Shown here: positions 8,163-17,355 of the stretch, piece after piece
Layout: the number at the start of each line of letters is the position of its first letter
Numbering within the stretch: the stretch's first letter is position 1
Assembly (NCBI GenBank): GCA_045542035.1
Contig: JAZQKG010000013.1
Coordinates: forward strand, 12,102-76,101
Source: Eubacteriales bacterium
Lineage (GTDB): Bacteria > Bacillota > Clostridia > Oscillospirales > CAG-272
DNA: 64,000 nt
Direction of reading: 5' to 3'
The notes under the pieces: model-generated
Seen by the model: the letters and a program-made list of their open reading frames with translations, nothing else
Database searches by the model: none
What the model was told of the DNA's origin: nothing
Translations under genes and position numbers: made by a program

Positions 8163-10640
8163 ATGAAAAAATATAAGGTTACCGGAATGAGCTGCGCCGC
8201 TTGCTCAGCGAGGGTTGAAAAGGCGGTTTCACAGGTGGCGGGGGTCGATTCCTGCGCAGTCAATTTATTGACGGGAACTATGAACGTGGATGGCGGCGAG
8301 GAATCAGAAGTTATATTTGCAGTGGAGGCTGCGGGATACGGAGCTTCCCTTATAGGAAAAGAAGAAAAAACCGATACAGAAGCGCAAGAGGGAAAAGAGA
8401 AACGAAACATAATTATCAGACTTGTGTCTTCCGTTATAATTCTTTTACCGCTTATGTACGTGTCTATGGGTCACGTTATGTGGGGGTTTCCTCTGCCGAA
8501 CATTTTTGAGTCATCTGCCGTTGCGGTTGGACTGATTCAGCTTTTGCTTACTGCTCTTGTAATGGTGATAAATCAAAGATTTTTTATAAACGGAACAAAG
8601 GGAGTTATAAACCGCTCGCCAAACATGGATACGCTCGTTGCGCTCGGCTCGGGAGCTTCATTTATATGGAGCGCGTACGTCTTATTTAAGATGTGCATTG
8701 TTGGGGGAGAGTCGTCCTTTCATCTTTTGCACGACCTTTATTTTGAATCAGCAGCGATGATACTTACGCTTATAACGCTTGGGAAAATGCTTGAGGCTCA
8801 CGCCAAGGGGAAAACCACGGAAGCTATAAAGGGACTCATAAAGCTTACGCCAAAGACTGCAACGGTTATACGAGAAGGTGTGGAAATTGTAATTCCGTCA
8901 GAAAAAATACGACCCGGTGACGTTTTTTTTGTACGTCCCGGTGAAAGTATTGCTGTTGACGGTGTGGTAATTGAAGGTGAAAGCACGGTTGACGAGTCAA
9001 CGCTCAGCGGTGAAAGCATACCGGTCGAAAAGTCGCACGGATCCGAGGTTTTCGCGGCTACGCATAATGTTTCGGGATTTCTCAAGTGCGAGGCGGTGAA
9101 GGTTGGAGAGGACACGGCTATGTCGCAGATAATAAAACTCGTCTCCGATGCTTCAGCAACCAAAGCTCCGATAGCAAAAGTGGCAGACCGTGTCGCAGGA
9201 ATTTTCGTTCCGACTGTTCTCTTGATAGCTTTTGTAACCACTCTTATATGGTATTTTGTAAATAATAGTTTGGGTTATGCGCTTGCGCGCGGTATATCCG
9301 TGCTTGTTATAAGCTGTCCCTGTGCTCTTGGACTTGCAACTCCCGTAGCGATAATGGTTGCGAGCGGTATAGGGGCGCGCGGGGGCGTACTATTCAAAAA
9401 CGCGACTGCGCTTGAGACGTGCGGCAGAGCAAAAATTATCGCTCTTGACAAAACCGGAACTATAACGCGTGGCAAAGCTGAGGTTGCCCGAATTATTCCC
9501 ATTGGGGTTGATGAAGGAGAGTTGTTATCAATTGCCGCGGCTCTTGAAGTGGGAAGTGAGCATCCGCTCGGCGTTGCTATCGTGAGATATGCCTCGGAGC
9601 GCGGCATAGAGCTTCGCAGGATTGAAAATTTCAAAGCGCTTGCGGGAAGCGGTGTTCGCTGTGAGTATTGTGGCGAGGAGTATTTTGGCGGAAGCTATAA
9701 GTTTATATCATCTGTTGCAAAAATCGATAGGGAACTGAAAACGTATTATGAAAAGCTTTCGGATGAAGGATTGACTCCGGTCTTTTTCGCAAGACGCGAA
9801 GAAGTTCTTGGAATAATTGCTCTTGCGGACGAGGTGAAGGAGGACAGTAGGGAGGCTATTCTTGAGCTTAAGAAAATGGGTATGCGCACGGTTATGCTCA
9901 CGGGAGACAACGAGAGGTGCGCTATGAGAATAGGAAGCATCGCGGGAATTGACGAGATAGTTTCGGAGCTTATGCCCGGTGATAAGGAAAAGACGGTAAG
10001 GCGCCTTTCCGAATCGGGTTCGGTTATTATGGTTGGCGACGGAATAAACGACGCCCCGGCTCTTGCAGCGGCTGATGTCGGAATGGCTATCGGAAGCGGT
10101 ACCGATATCGCAATAGATTCCGCTGACGTCGTTCTTATGCATTCGTCGCCTGCGGATGCCGCCCGCGCGGTTAAGCTAAGCCGCGCGGCTCTTAAAACTA
10201 TACACGAGAATCTTTTTTGGGCGTTTATATATAACGTTATAGGCATTCCTCTTGCGGCGGGAGCGTTTGTCCATCTTTTAGGCTGGGAGCTTAATCCAAT
10301 GTTTGGCGCTGCGGCTATGAGTCTTTCAAGCTTCTCTGTAGTTATGAACGCTTTGCGCCTAAATTTCAAAAAAATATTCAAAAAATATGATAAAACAGAG
10401 AATTATACCGTGAAGGAGTGTACAAAAATGGTAAAAACGATTACGATTGAGGGAATGATGTGTCCTCATTGCGAGGCGAGAGTACGCGAGGTTCTTGAGT
10501 CGACGGGTGGGCTCTCTGACGTTAAGGTCAGCTACAAGGACGGATGCGCTACCGTAACGGCAGGCGATGGCGTGACGGATGAAATAATTATCTCTGTAAT
10601 TGAAAAAGCGGGATATAAGGTAACGGGGCTGTCAAATTAA
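8163..10640 (+). CDS. copA: copper-translocating P1B-type ATPase with N-terminal and C-terminal heavy-metal-binding domains
   Basis: ORF 8145..10640. Preferred ATG is 8163, after AGGTGA. Motifs: HMA GMSCAACS, CPC (SCPCALGLATP), DKTGT, GDGINDAP, and a second HMA GMMCPHCE at the C-terminus. Confidence 0.9.
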   Translation: MKKYKVTGMSCAACSARVEKAVSQVAGVDSCAVNLLTGTMNVDGGEESEVIFAVEAAGYGASLIGKEEKTDTEAQEGKEKRNIIIRLVSSVIILLPLMYVSMGHVMWGFPLPNIFESSAVAVGLIQLLLTALVMVINQRFFINGTKGVINRSPNMDTLVALGSGASFIWSAYVLFKMCIVGGESSFHLLHDLYFESAAMILTLITLGKMLEAHAKGKTTEAIKGLIKLTPKTATVIREGVEIVIPSEKIRPGDVFFVRPGESIAVDGVVIEGESTVDESTLSGESIPVEKSHGSEVFAATHNVSGFLKCEAVKVGEDTAMSQIIKLVSDASATKAPIAKVADRVAGIFVPTVLLIAFVTTLIWYFVNNSLGYALARGISVLVISCPCALGLATPVAIMVASGIGARGGVLFKNATALETCGRAKIIALDKTGTITRGKAEVARIIPIGVDEGELLSIAAALEVGSEHPLGVAIVRYASERGIELRRIENFKALAGSGVRCEYCGEEYFGGSYKFISSVAKIDRELKTYYEKLSDEGLTPVFFARREEVLGIIALADEVKEDSREAILELKKMGMRTVMLTGDNERCAMRIGSIAGIDEIVSELMPGDKEKTVRRLSESGSVIMVGDGINDAPALAAADVGMAIGSGTDIAIDSADVVLMHSSPADAARAVKLSRAALKTIHENLFWAFIYNVIGIPLAAGAFVHLLGWELNPMFGAAAMSLSSFSVVMNALRLNFKKIFKKYDKTENYTVKECTKMVKTITIEGMMCPHCEARVREVLESTGGLSDVKVSYKDGCATVTAGDGVTDEIIISVIEKAGYKVTGLSN

Positions 10641-10701
10641 GTAAGGTCTAAAAAGTTTTTTAAAACCTACCTATCCCATTATCAGAACTTAATATTAAAC
10701 A

Positions 10702-10744
10702 GGGCGGTGCTTATTCGGTTTGAAAAAAGCTTGCCGCCTTTTGT
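10702..10744 (+). terminator. probable rho-independent terminator after copA
   Basis: GGCGGTGCTT ... AAGCttGCCGCC is an imperfect stem with a 2-nt bulge, followed by TTTTGT. Confidence 0.5.
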
Positions 10745-10778
10745 ATATGAAAAAAAACAATTAATTTTTATTATACTA

Positions 10779-10807
10779 TTGACAGGTAAATTTATATAAT
10801 ATATAAT
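10779..10807 (+). promoter_or_regulatory. sigma-70 promoter of the citrate synthase-aconitase-IDH operon
   Basis: TTGACA 10779..10784, 17-nt spacer, TATAAT 10802..10807. Confidence 0.65.
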
Positions 10808-10819
10808 AAATGCATTAGA

Positions 10820-10829
10820 TTGTATACAA
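10820..10829. promoter_or_regulatory. candidate GntR-family operator, perfect palindrome TTGTATACAA
   Basis: A 10-bp perfect palindrome 13 nt after the -10, matching the generic GntR/FadR-type t.GT...AC.a pattern. An extra ATACAA half-site lies at 10832..10837. Confidence 0.5.
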
Positions 10830-10866
10830 GAATACAAATATTCAATTATGCGAAAGGAATACTACT

Positions 10867-12243
10867 ATGATTTTCAAAAATCCTCATAGCAACCTTATCG
10901 AGCAGTCGCAGTACAAATATTCTCTTCAGGACGTTGTTGACCCTAACCTTTATAGAGAGATATATCCCTATGACGAGATACCTAAGGTTGCGTTCAACCA
11001 TCGCCACGTGCCGATAGATATGCCGAGCGATATCTGGATTACCGATACGACCTTCCGCGACGGACAGCAGTCGAGAGCTCCTTATACGGTAAAACAGATA
11101 GTTGACCTTTATAAGATGCTTCACAGACTTGGCGGCAAGAAGGGGATTATTCGCCAGTCCGAATTTTTCGTTTATACGAAAAAGGATAAAGAAGCGCTTC
11201 TTCAGTGCATGGACCTCGGATACGAGTTTCCCGAGATAACCACCTGGATAAGAGCAAAAAAAGAGGACTTCAACCTCGTTGCTGATATAGGTATAAAGGA
11301 GACGGGTATCCTCGTTTCCTGCTCGGATTATCACATTTTCAAAAAGCTCGGTCTTTCAAGAAAAGAGGCGCTTGACCACTATCTTGGCGTAGTTAAAAAC
11401 GCGTTCAGCGCTGGAATACGCCCGAGATGCCATCTTGAAGATATTACGAGAGCGGATTTTTACGGTTTTGTAGTCCCGTTCGTAAACGAGCTTAACGAGC
11501 TTGCAAGCGAAGCGAAAATTCCTGTTAAAATCCGTATGTGCGATACCATGGGTTACGGTGTTTCATTCCCCGGTGTTGCTTTGCCGAGAAGCGTTCCCGG
11601 TATAGTTTACGGTCTTCACCATTATGCTCACGTACCGTCGGATATGCTTGAATGGCACGGTCATAACGATTTCTACATGGGCGTTTCAAACGCTGTTGCC
11701 GCATGGCTTTACGGAGCGTCGGGCGTCAACTGCTCGCTTCTTGGTATAGGAGAGAGAACGGGTAACGTTCCGCTTGAGGCAATGGTAATGGAATACGCTT
11801 CTCTGAAAGGAAGTCTTGACGGCATGGATACCACGGTGATAACCGAGATTGCCGAGTATTTCAAGAATGAAATGGGATACACCATTCCGCCTATGACCCC
11901 CTTCGTTGGAGATAACTTTAACGTAACGCGCGCCGGAGTTCACGCCGACGGACTTATGAAGGACGCCGAGATCTACAATATATTCGATACCGAAAAGATA
12001 CTCAACAAACCCGCTGAGGTGGCTATATCCAATACCTCGGGACTTGCCGGAATCGCGTATTGGATCAATAAGCATTATTCGTTATCCGGTGACGTTTTGG
12101 TAAAAAAGCAAGACGATATAGTAGTTAAAGCAAAGGCTGCGATTGACGCTGAATACGCGGATGGAAGAACTACTCTTATGGGAGACGAGGAGATAGAGGC
12201 TATTATTAAATCGATCGACCCGAATTTTACAAAAAGCGTTTAA
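10867..12243 (+). CDS. HMGL-like (homocitrate/isopropylmalate synthase family) enzyme, probable Re-face citrate synthase
   Basis: 458 aa with DRE-TIM motifs DTTFRDGQQS and HGHNDFYMGVSNAVAA. The operon context (aconitase and isocitrate dehydrogenase) fits the Re-citrate synthase type of anaerobes. Confidence 0.7.
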   Translation: MIFKNPHSNLIEQSQYKYSLQDVVDPNLYREIYPYDEIPKVAFNHRHVPIDMPSDIWITDTTFRDGQQSRAPYTVKQIVDLYKMLHRLGGKKGIIRQSEFFVYTKKDKEALLQCMDLGYEFPEITTWIRAKKEDFNLVADIGIKETGILVSCSDYHIFKKLGLSRKEALDHYLGVVKNAFSAGIRPRCHLEDITRADFYGFVVPFVNELNELASEAKIPVKIRMCDTMGYGVSFPGVALPRSVPGIVYGLHHYAHVPSDMLEWHGHNDFYMGVSNAVAAWLYGASGVNCSLLGIGERTGNVPLEAMVMEYASLKGSLDGMDTTVITEIAEYFKNEMGYTIPPMTPFVGDNFNVTRAGVHADGLMKDAEIYNIFDTEKILNKPAEVAISNTSGLAGIAYWINKHYSLSGDVLVKKQDDIVVKAKAAIDAEYADGRTTLMGDEEIEAIIKSIDPNFTKSV

Positions 12244-12259
12244 GGGCGGTGAGTGAGCA

Positions 12260-12922
12260 ATGATAGTTGATGTGAAATCACCGTCTCTTGAGGAAATGGT
12301 CTATTCAAGGCTAGAGGAAGAGATACTTTCAGGTGAGCTTCAATGCGGTATGGCGCTTGGCGAAATCGCTCTCTCAAAAAGACTTGGTGTAAGCCGTACC
12401 CCCGTGAGAAGCGCGATACACAGACTTGCTGAGGAAGGACTCGTTGAGGTCGTGCCGAACAAGGGCGCGACGGTCATTGGAATCAATACCGCGGACCTTA
12501 TAGACATCTATAGAATAAGAAAAAGACTTGAGGGACTTGCGTCCTCACTTGCGGCGGAGCGTATTACCGACGAGGAGCTTGAAAAGCTCACTGAGGCGGT
12601 AGAGCTTGCGGAGTTTTATATAAAGAAAAATGACACTGAGCATATCAAAGAACTTGACACGGTGTTCCACAGTATCATATATAAGGCGTCAGGCTCACGC
12701 TTTCTGTCGCGGACTCTGTCGGAGCTTCACAGAAAGATAAAATCATACAGAAAACGCTCCCTTTCCGTGCCGGGAAGGCTTGAAAAATCAGAAGAGGAGC
12801 ACAGAGAAATTCTCGAGGCTATCAATGCGGGGGATTCCGAAAGAGCGGATAAGCTCACATCTCTTCACGTACAAAGATCACTTGAAAATATGCTGTCTGC
12901 AATAGGCGGCGAAAACAAATAA
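12260..12922 (+). CDS. GntR family transcriptional regulator (FCD-type C-terminal domain)
   Basis: 220 aa. Winged HTH LSKRLGVSRTPVRSAIHRLAEEGLV, then an all-helical C-terminal domain with His residues (FHSIIY, EEHREIL). Confidence 0.85.
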   Translation: MIVDVKSPSLEEMVYSRLEEEILSGELQCGMALGEIALSKRLGVSRTPVRSAIHRLAEEGLVEVVPNKGATVIGINTADLIDIYRIRKRLEGLASSLAAERITDEELEKLTEAVELAEFYIKKNDTEHIKELDTVFHSIIYKASGSRFLSRTLSELHRKIKSYRKRSLSVPGRLEKSEEEHREILEAINAGDSERADKLTSLHVQRSLENMLSAIGGENK

Positions 12923-12936
12923 ACGGAGAAAAGAAA

Positions 12937-14868
12937 ATGGCATACACAATAGCACAGAAAATTATTAAAAATCATCTTGTTTCGGGCGAAATGAAGGTTG
13001 GTAGCGAAATAGGTCTCAGAATAGACCAGACGCTCACTCAGGACGCTACGGGTACTATGGCGTATCTGCAGTTTGAGGCGATGGGCTGTGAAAGAGTAAA
13101 AACCGAGCTTTCGGTTGCTTATATCGACCACAATACCCTGCAGGCGGGCTTTGAAAACGCAGACGACCATAGATACATACAGACGGTAACGAAGAAGCAC
13201 GGTATCCGTTTTTCCAGGCCCGGAAACGGTATCTGCCATCAGGTTCATCTCGAGCGCTTTGGCATTCCCGGGAAAACTCTTATAGGCTCTGACAGCCATA
13301 CTCCCACTGCGGGCGGAATCGGTATGCTCGGTATGGGCGCGGGCGGTCTTGACGTTGCCGTTGCCATGGGCGGAGGAACTTACTATATAACTATGCCCAA
13401 AATTATTCATATAAATCTCACGGGAAAGCTTCCTGATTACGTAGGAGCAAAGGATATAATTCTTGAGGTTCTCAGAATGCTCGGAGTTAAGGGCGGTGTC
13501 GGAGCTATCGTTGAATACGGCGGAGAGGGAATAAAGAATCTTTCCGTTCCTCAGCGCGCAACGATAACCAATATGGGAGCTGAGCTTGGAGCGACAAGCT
13601 CTATATTCCCGTCAGACGAGGTAACGCTTGAGTTTCTCAAGGCCGAGGGCAGAGAGGACGTGTTCGTTCCGCTTATGCCGGATGAGGACGCTGTGTACGA
13701 TGCGGAATATACTATCGATTTATCGAAGCTCTCCCCCCTTGCCGCTTGCCCTCATAGCCCCGATAACGTTAAACCCGTGTCAAATCTTGCGGGTATGAAA
13801 ATAAATCAGGTTTGTATCGGCTCATGCACGAATTCCTCAATGCTCGATATGCTTACCGTTGCGGCAATGCTTAAGGGAAAGACTGTTCATCCTGACGTAA
13901 GCCTTTCGATATCTCCCGGCTCAAAGCAGGTTTATACAATGCTTGCAGAGTGCGGCGCGCTTGCCGATCTTATAGCTGCCGGAGCAAGAATTCTTGAGTG
14001 CGCGTGCGGACCTTGTATCGGTATGGGATTTTCTCCGAAATCCGCAGGTGTAAGCCTTCGTACATTCAACCGCAACTTTCTTGCGAGAAGCGGCACCGCG
14101 GACGCGGAGGTGTATCTCGTTTCTCCCGAAACCGCGGCGGCATCCGCAGTAGCGGGCGTGTTCACCGACCCGACGACTCTCGGAGAAGCTCCTAAGATTG
14201 AAATTCCCTCGGTATTTACTGTTAATGATAATCTTATAGAAATGCCTGCGTCTCCCGAAGAAGCCGCGAATATTACGGTTGAGCGCGGACCTAATATCAA
14301 GCCAATTCCGACGGGAAAAGCTCCCGATAAGGATCTTGATACAAAGTTGATACTCAAGGTTGGAGATAACATTACGACCGACCATATAATGCCCGCGGGA
14401 ACCAAGGTTTTGCCTTACCGCTCAAACGTTCCTAAGCTTTCCGAGTTCTGCTTTACCGTTTGTGATAAGGATTTCCCCGAGCGCGCAAAGGCGGAGGGCG
14501 GCGGAGTTATCCTTGGCGGAGCAAATTACGGTCAGGGATCATCGCGCGAGCATGCTGCTCTCGTTCCTCTCTATCTTGGAATAAAGGCGGTTATCGCAAA
14601 GAGCTTTGCGAGAATCCATATAGCAAACCTTATTAACTTCGGTATCGTACCCATGACTCTTGAATGTGAAGATGATTACGAGAAAATCTCGGAGGGTGAC
14701 GGTATATATATCGAAAACTTCCGTGAGGCTATAGAAAAGTCGGACAAGGCGACTCTTGTAAATTCGAAAAACGGCGCACGTATAGGACTTAATCTTAATT
14801 TCACGCCTCGTCAGCGCGAAATTCTTCTTGCGGGCGGAACGCTTAACTATACGAAAGAAAGCAACTAA
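12937..14868 (+). CDS. aconitate hydratase
   Basis: 643 aa. Aconitase motifs IDQTLTQDATG, GSDSHT, CGPCIGMG and swivel-domain GANYGQGSSREHAA. Confidence 0.9.
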   Translation: MAYTIAQKIIKNHLVSGEMKVGSEIGLRIDQTLTQDATGTMAYLQFEAMGCERVKTELSVAYIDHNTLQAGFENADDHRYIQTVTKKHGIRFSRPGNGICHQVHLERFGIPGKTLIGSDSHTPTAGGIGMLGMGAGGLDVAVAMGGGTYYITMPKIIHINLTGKLPDYVGAKDIILEVLRMLGVKGGVGAIVEYGGEGIKNLSVPQRATITNMGAELGATSSIFPSDEVTLEFLKAEGREDVFVPLMPDEDAVYDAEYTIDLSKLSPLAACPHSPDNVKPVSNLAGMKINQVCIGSCTNSSMLDMLTVAAMLKGKTVHPDVSLSISPGSKQVYTMLAECGALADLIAAGARILECACGPCIGMGFSPKSAGVSLRTFNRNFLARSGTADAEVYLVSPETAAASAVAGVFTDPTTLGEAPKIEIPSVFTVNDNLIEMPASPEEAANITVERGPNIKPIPTGKAPDKDLDTKLILKVGDNITTDHIMPAGTKVLPYRSNVPKLSEFCFTVCDKDFPERAKAEGGGVILGGANYGQGSSREHAALVPLYLGIKAVIAKSFARIHIANLINFGIVPMTLECEDDYEKISEGDGIYIENFREAIEKSDKATLVNSKNGARIGLNLNFTPRQREILLAGGTLNYTKESN

Positions 14869-14920
14869 CAATTCTTTGCAATTATTGTGATGTGATTTAA
14901 TTCAGAAAGGAAAAAATAAA

Positions 14921-16087
14921 ATGAATTACGAACAAAACCTTGACGCCGCGTGCGCCAAATTCAGAAAAATTCTTGAGGATCAGCTCACCCGTGTGGAAGA
15001 TATGAAGTCTCAGGGTGACTTTACCGATTACGCTTCTCTTAAAACTATAAAGATAGGCGTTTGCGGCGGCGACGGTATCGGTCCGACTATTACTAAGGAA
15101 GCAAGACGCGTACTTGAATTTATGCTTTCCGACCTTGTTGAGTCAGGTAAAGTTGAGTTTACAACAATTGACGGACTTACTATTGAAAATAGAATTGTAG
15201 CCGGCAAAGCTATTCCCGACGACGTTATGGCAGAGCTTAAGGCGTGTGACATTATTCTTAAAGGACCGACAACAACTCCTCAAAAGGGTGACGGAATGCC
15301 TAATATTGAGTCTGCTAACGTTGCGATGCGTAAGGCACTTGACCTTTTTGCAAACATTCGCCCTGTTAAAGTTCCCGAGGAGGGAATTAACTGGACAATC
15401 TTCCGTGAGAATACCGAGGGAGGATACGCTGTAGGCTCTTCGGGATTTAACGTAACCGATGATCTTGCGGTGGACTTCACAATAACAACAAAGCAGGGCT
15501 CTGACAGAATAGCCCGCCTTGCGTACGATTACGCGAGGAAGAACGGCCGCACGAGAGTTTCTCTCGTAACCAAAGCTAACGTTATAAAAACGACCGACGG
15601 TAACTTCCTTGAGGATTGCCATAAGGTTGCTGACCTCTATCCCGAAATCACCACGGATGAGTGGTATGCCGATATTATGACAGCAAAGCTCGTTGACCAG
15701 AAGCGCCGCCGCGATTTCCAGGTGCTCCTGCTTCCCAACCTTTACGGTGATATAATCTCGGATGAGGCTGCTGAATTTCAGGGCGGTGTAGGTACTGCGG
15801 GATGCGCTAATATAGGTAAAAAGTACGCAATGTTCGAGGCTATTCACGGCTCTGCTCCGAGAATGGTCAGAGAGGGCAGAGCGCAGTACGCAGATCCTTG
15901 CTCAATGCTTCGCGCGGCAGTGATGCTTCTTTCTCATATAGGTTATCAGGACAGAGCCGATAAGCTCGAAAGAGCTCTTGACATCTGCTCCTTCGAGGAG
16001 AAAAAGCTCACCATCACCGGCAGACCCGGCGGAGCGACCTGTGAGGAATTCGGCAATTACGTAATGGAAACTCTTAAGAGCCTTTAA
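14921..16087 (+). CDS. icd: isocitrate dehydrogenase (isocitrate/isopropylmalate dehydrogenase family)
   Basis: 388 aa. Family motifs NLYGDIISDEAA and AIHGSAP. Last gene of the tricarboxylate operon. Confidence 0.8.
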   Translation: MNYEQNLDAACAKFRKILEDQLTRVEDMKSQGDFTDYASLKTIKIGVCGGDGIGPTITKEARRVLEFMLSDLVESGKVEFTTIDGLTIENRIVAGKAIPDDVMAELKACDIILKGPTTTPQKGDGMPNIESANVAMRKALDLFANIRPVKVPEEGINWTIFRENTEGGYAVGSSGFNVTDDLAVDFTITTKQGSDRIARLAYDYARKNGRTRVSLVTKANVIKTTDGNFLEDCHKVADLYPEITTDEWYADIMTAKLVDQKRRRDFQVLLLPNLYGDIISDEAAEFQGGVGTAGCANIGKKYAMFEAIHGSAPRMVREGRAQYADPCSMLRAAVMLLSHIGYQDRADKLERALDICSFEEKKLTITGRPGGATCEEFGNYVMETLKSL

Positions 16088-16100
16088 TTCTGAATTTTAA

Positions 16101-16134
16101 AATCGGTCTTATCATTTTGATGGACCGATTTTTA
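16101..16134 (+). terminator. rho-independent terminator after icd
   Basis: AATCGGTC 16101..16108 pairs with GACCGATT 16123..16130. A T-tract follows. Confidence 0.75.
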
Positions 16135-16153
16135 TTTATTTTTATTTAAGGTA

Positions 16154-16182
16154 TTGACAAGAGTTTAGAAGTATGCTAAAAT
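16154..16182 (+). promoter_or_regulatory. sigma-70 promoter of the lysine operon (TTGACA-17-TAAAAT)
   Basis: TTGACA 16154..16159, 17-nt spacer, TAAAAT 16177..16182. Confidence 0.7.
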
Positions 16183-16194
16183 ATTGTCATTAAT

Positions 16195-16366
16195 AAGAGA
16201 TAGAGGTGCATTTTGCGAAGAGTACCGCACAGAAAAAAGGCTGCCGGAGCCGTGCGGGAAAGGCGTGGGTGCCGAAGTAAGTGCCGTGGCGGGTACTTAG
16301 CTGGCGGTGCGGAGAATATCCGCCTCGTTGTCGTGTAATGCGAAGAGCTATACGGAGAGCTATCAA
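16195..16366 (+). promoter_or_regulatory. lysine riboswitch (L-box) aptamer
   Basis: Matches L-box hallmarks: GAUAGAGGUGC...AAGAGUA...GGGAAAGG...GUGCCGAAG...CUGG...GGAGAGCUAUC. P1 pairing is GAUAG/CUAUC. Lies upstream of dapA. Confidence 0.85.
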
Positions 16367-16389
16367 CCACACATGGTGTACGTTTTCTT

Positions 16390-16419
16390 GAGATGGCTTT
16401 TTGCGCCGTCTCTTTTTTG
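16390..16419 (+). terminator. riboswitch expression-platform terminator
   Basis: GAGATGGC 16390..16397 pairs with GCCGTCTC 16405..16412 (one G-U pair), followed by TTTTTT. Confidence 0.8.
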
Positions 16420-16459
16420 TTTATAAATACCGTTATAATACGGAAGAATGGAGAATAGT

Positions 16460-17344
16460 ATGAAAAACACAGTATTTCGCGGAGCTGCTACCGCAATAGT
16501 TACACCTCTTACAAAGGACGGAATTGATTATAATCAGTTTGCCCGCCTTATTGAATGGCAGATAGCCGAAGGAATTGACGCAATAGTCGCGGTTGGAACG
16601 ACGGGCGAGGGCTCGACTCTTACAGATAAAGAGCATAAGGAAGCAATAAAATTCTGCGTAGAGCAGGTTGCGGGCAGGGTACCCGTGATTGCAGGAACAG
16701 GCTCAAACGATACTCAGTATGCAATAGAGCTTACGCGCTACGCATGTGAGGTAGGCGCTGACGCGATGCTTCTCGTAACTCCCTATTACAATAAGGCTAC
16801 GCAAAAGGGAATGATAGAATCGTTTAAGGCTGTCGCTGATATATCTACAAAGCCCTGCATTCTCTATAACGTTCCGAGCCGTACCGGATGCAATTTGACA
16901 CCTGCGAGCGTTGTCGAGCTTGCTGAGCATCCGAATATCGTCGCTATAAAGGAAGCGTCGGGTAATATTTCTCAGATAGCTGAGATAGCGCATCTTGCAG
17001 GTGATAAGATAGATATTTATTCGGGTAACGACGACCAGATTGTTCCTATTCTTTCGCTTGGAGGTATCGGAGTAATTTCCGTGCTTTCCAATATCATGCC
17101 TAAGGCTACGTCGGAAATGTGCAAGAAGTTTTTTGACGGGGATGTTGCGGGGGCAAGAAAATTACAGCTTGACCTTCTTCCTCTCGTCAACGCTCTTTTC
17201 TGTGAGGTAAACCCGATTCCCGTAAAGGCTGCGGTTTCCGCAATGGGATATTGCGAGAATTATCTTCGTTTGCCGCTCACTCCAATGGAAAAGCAGAATG
17301 AGGAAAAGCTTATCGCTCTTATGAAGGAGCAGAATCTTATCTGA
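16460..17344 (+). CDS. dapA: 4-hydroxy-tetrahydrodipicolinate synthase
   Basis: ORF 16448..17344. ATG 16460 has better SD spacing (GGAGA). Motifs GTTGEGSTLT and the active-site Lys context IVAIKEASG. Confidence 0.9.
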   Translation: MKNTVFRGAATAIVTPLTKDGIDYNQFARLIEWQIAEGIDAIVAVGTTGEGSTLTDKEHKEAIKFCVEQVAGRVPVIAGTGSNDTQYAIELTRYACEVGADAMLLVTPYYNKATQKGMIESFKAVADISTKPCILYNVPSRTGCNLTPASVVELAEHPNIVAIKEASGNISQIAEIAHLAGDKIDIYSGNDDQIVPILSLGGIGVISVLSNIMPKATSEMCKKFFDGDVAGARKLQLDLLPLVNALFCEVNPIPVKAAVSAMGYCENYLRLPLTPMEKQNEEKLIALMKEQNLI

Positions 17345-17355
17345 CTAGGTGAATT

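Noticed and set aside
8798-10381. Long minus-strand ORFs (147, 119, 144 and 211 aa) inside copA
   Set aside because: They are fully antisense to a strongly supported P-type ATPase gene. They are Ser/Pro/Ala/Ile-rich low-complexity translations with no SD or promoter, which is the typical shadow-ORF pattern.
13921-15847. Minus-strand ORFs of 154, 157 and 234 aa antisense to aconitase and isocitrate dehydrogenase
   Set aside because: These are shadow ORFs of well-supported genes. The translations are Arg/Ser/Cys-rich nonsense with no start context.
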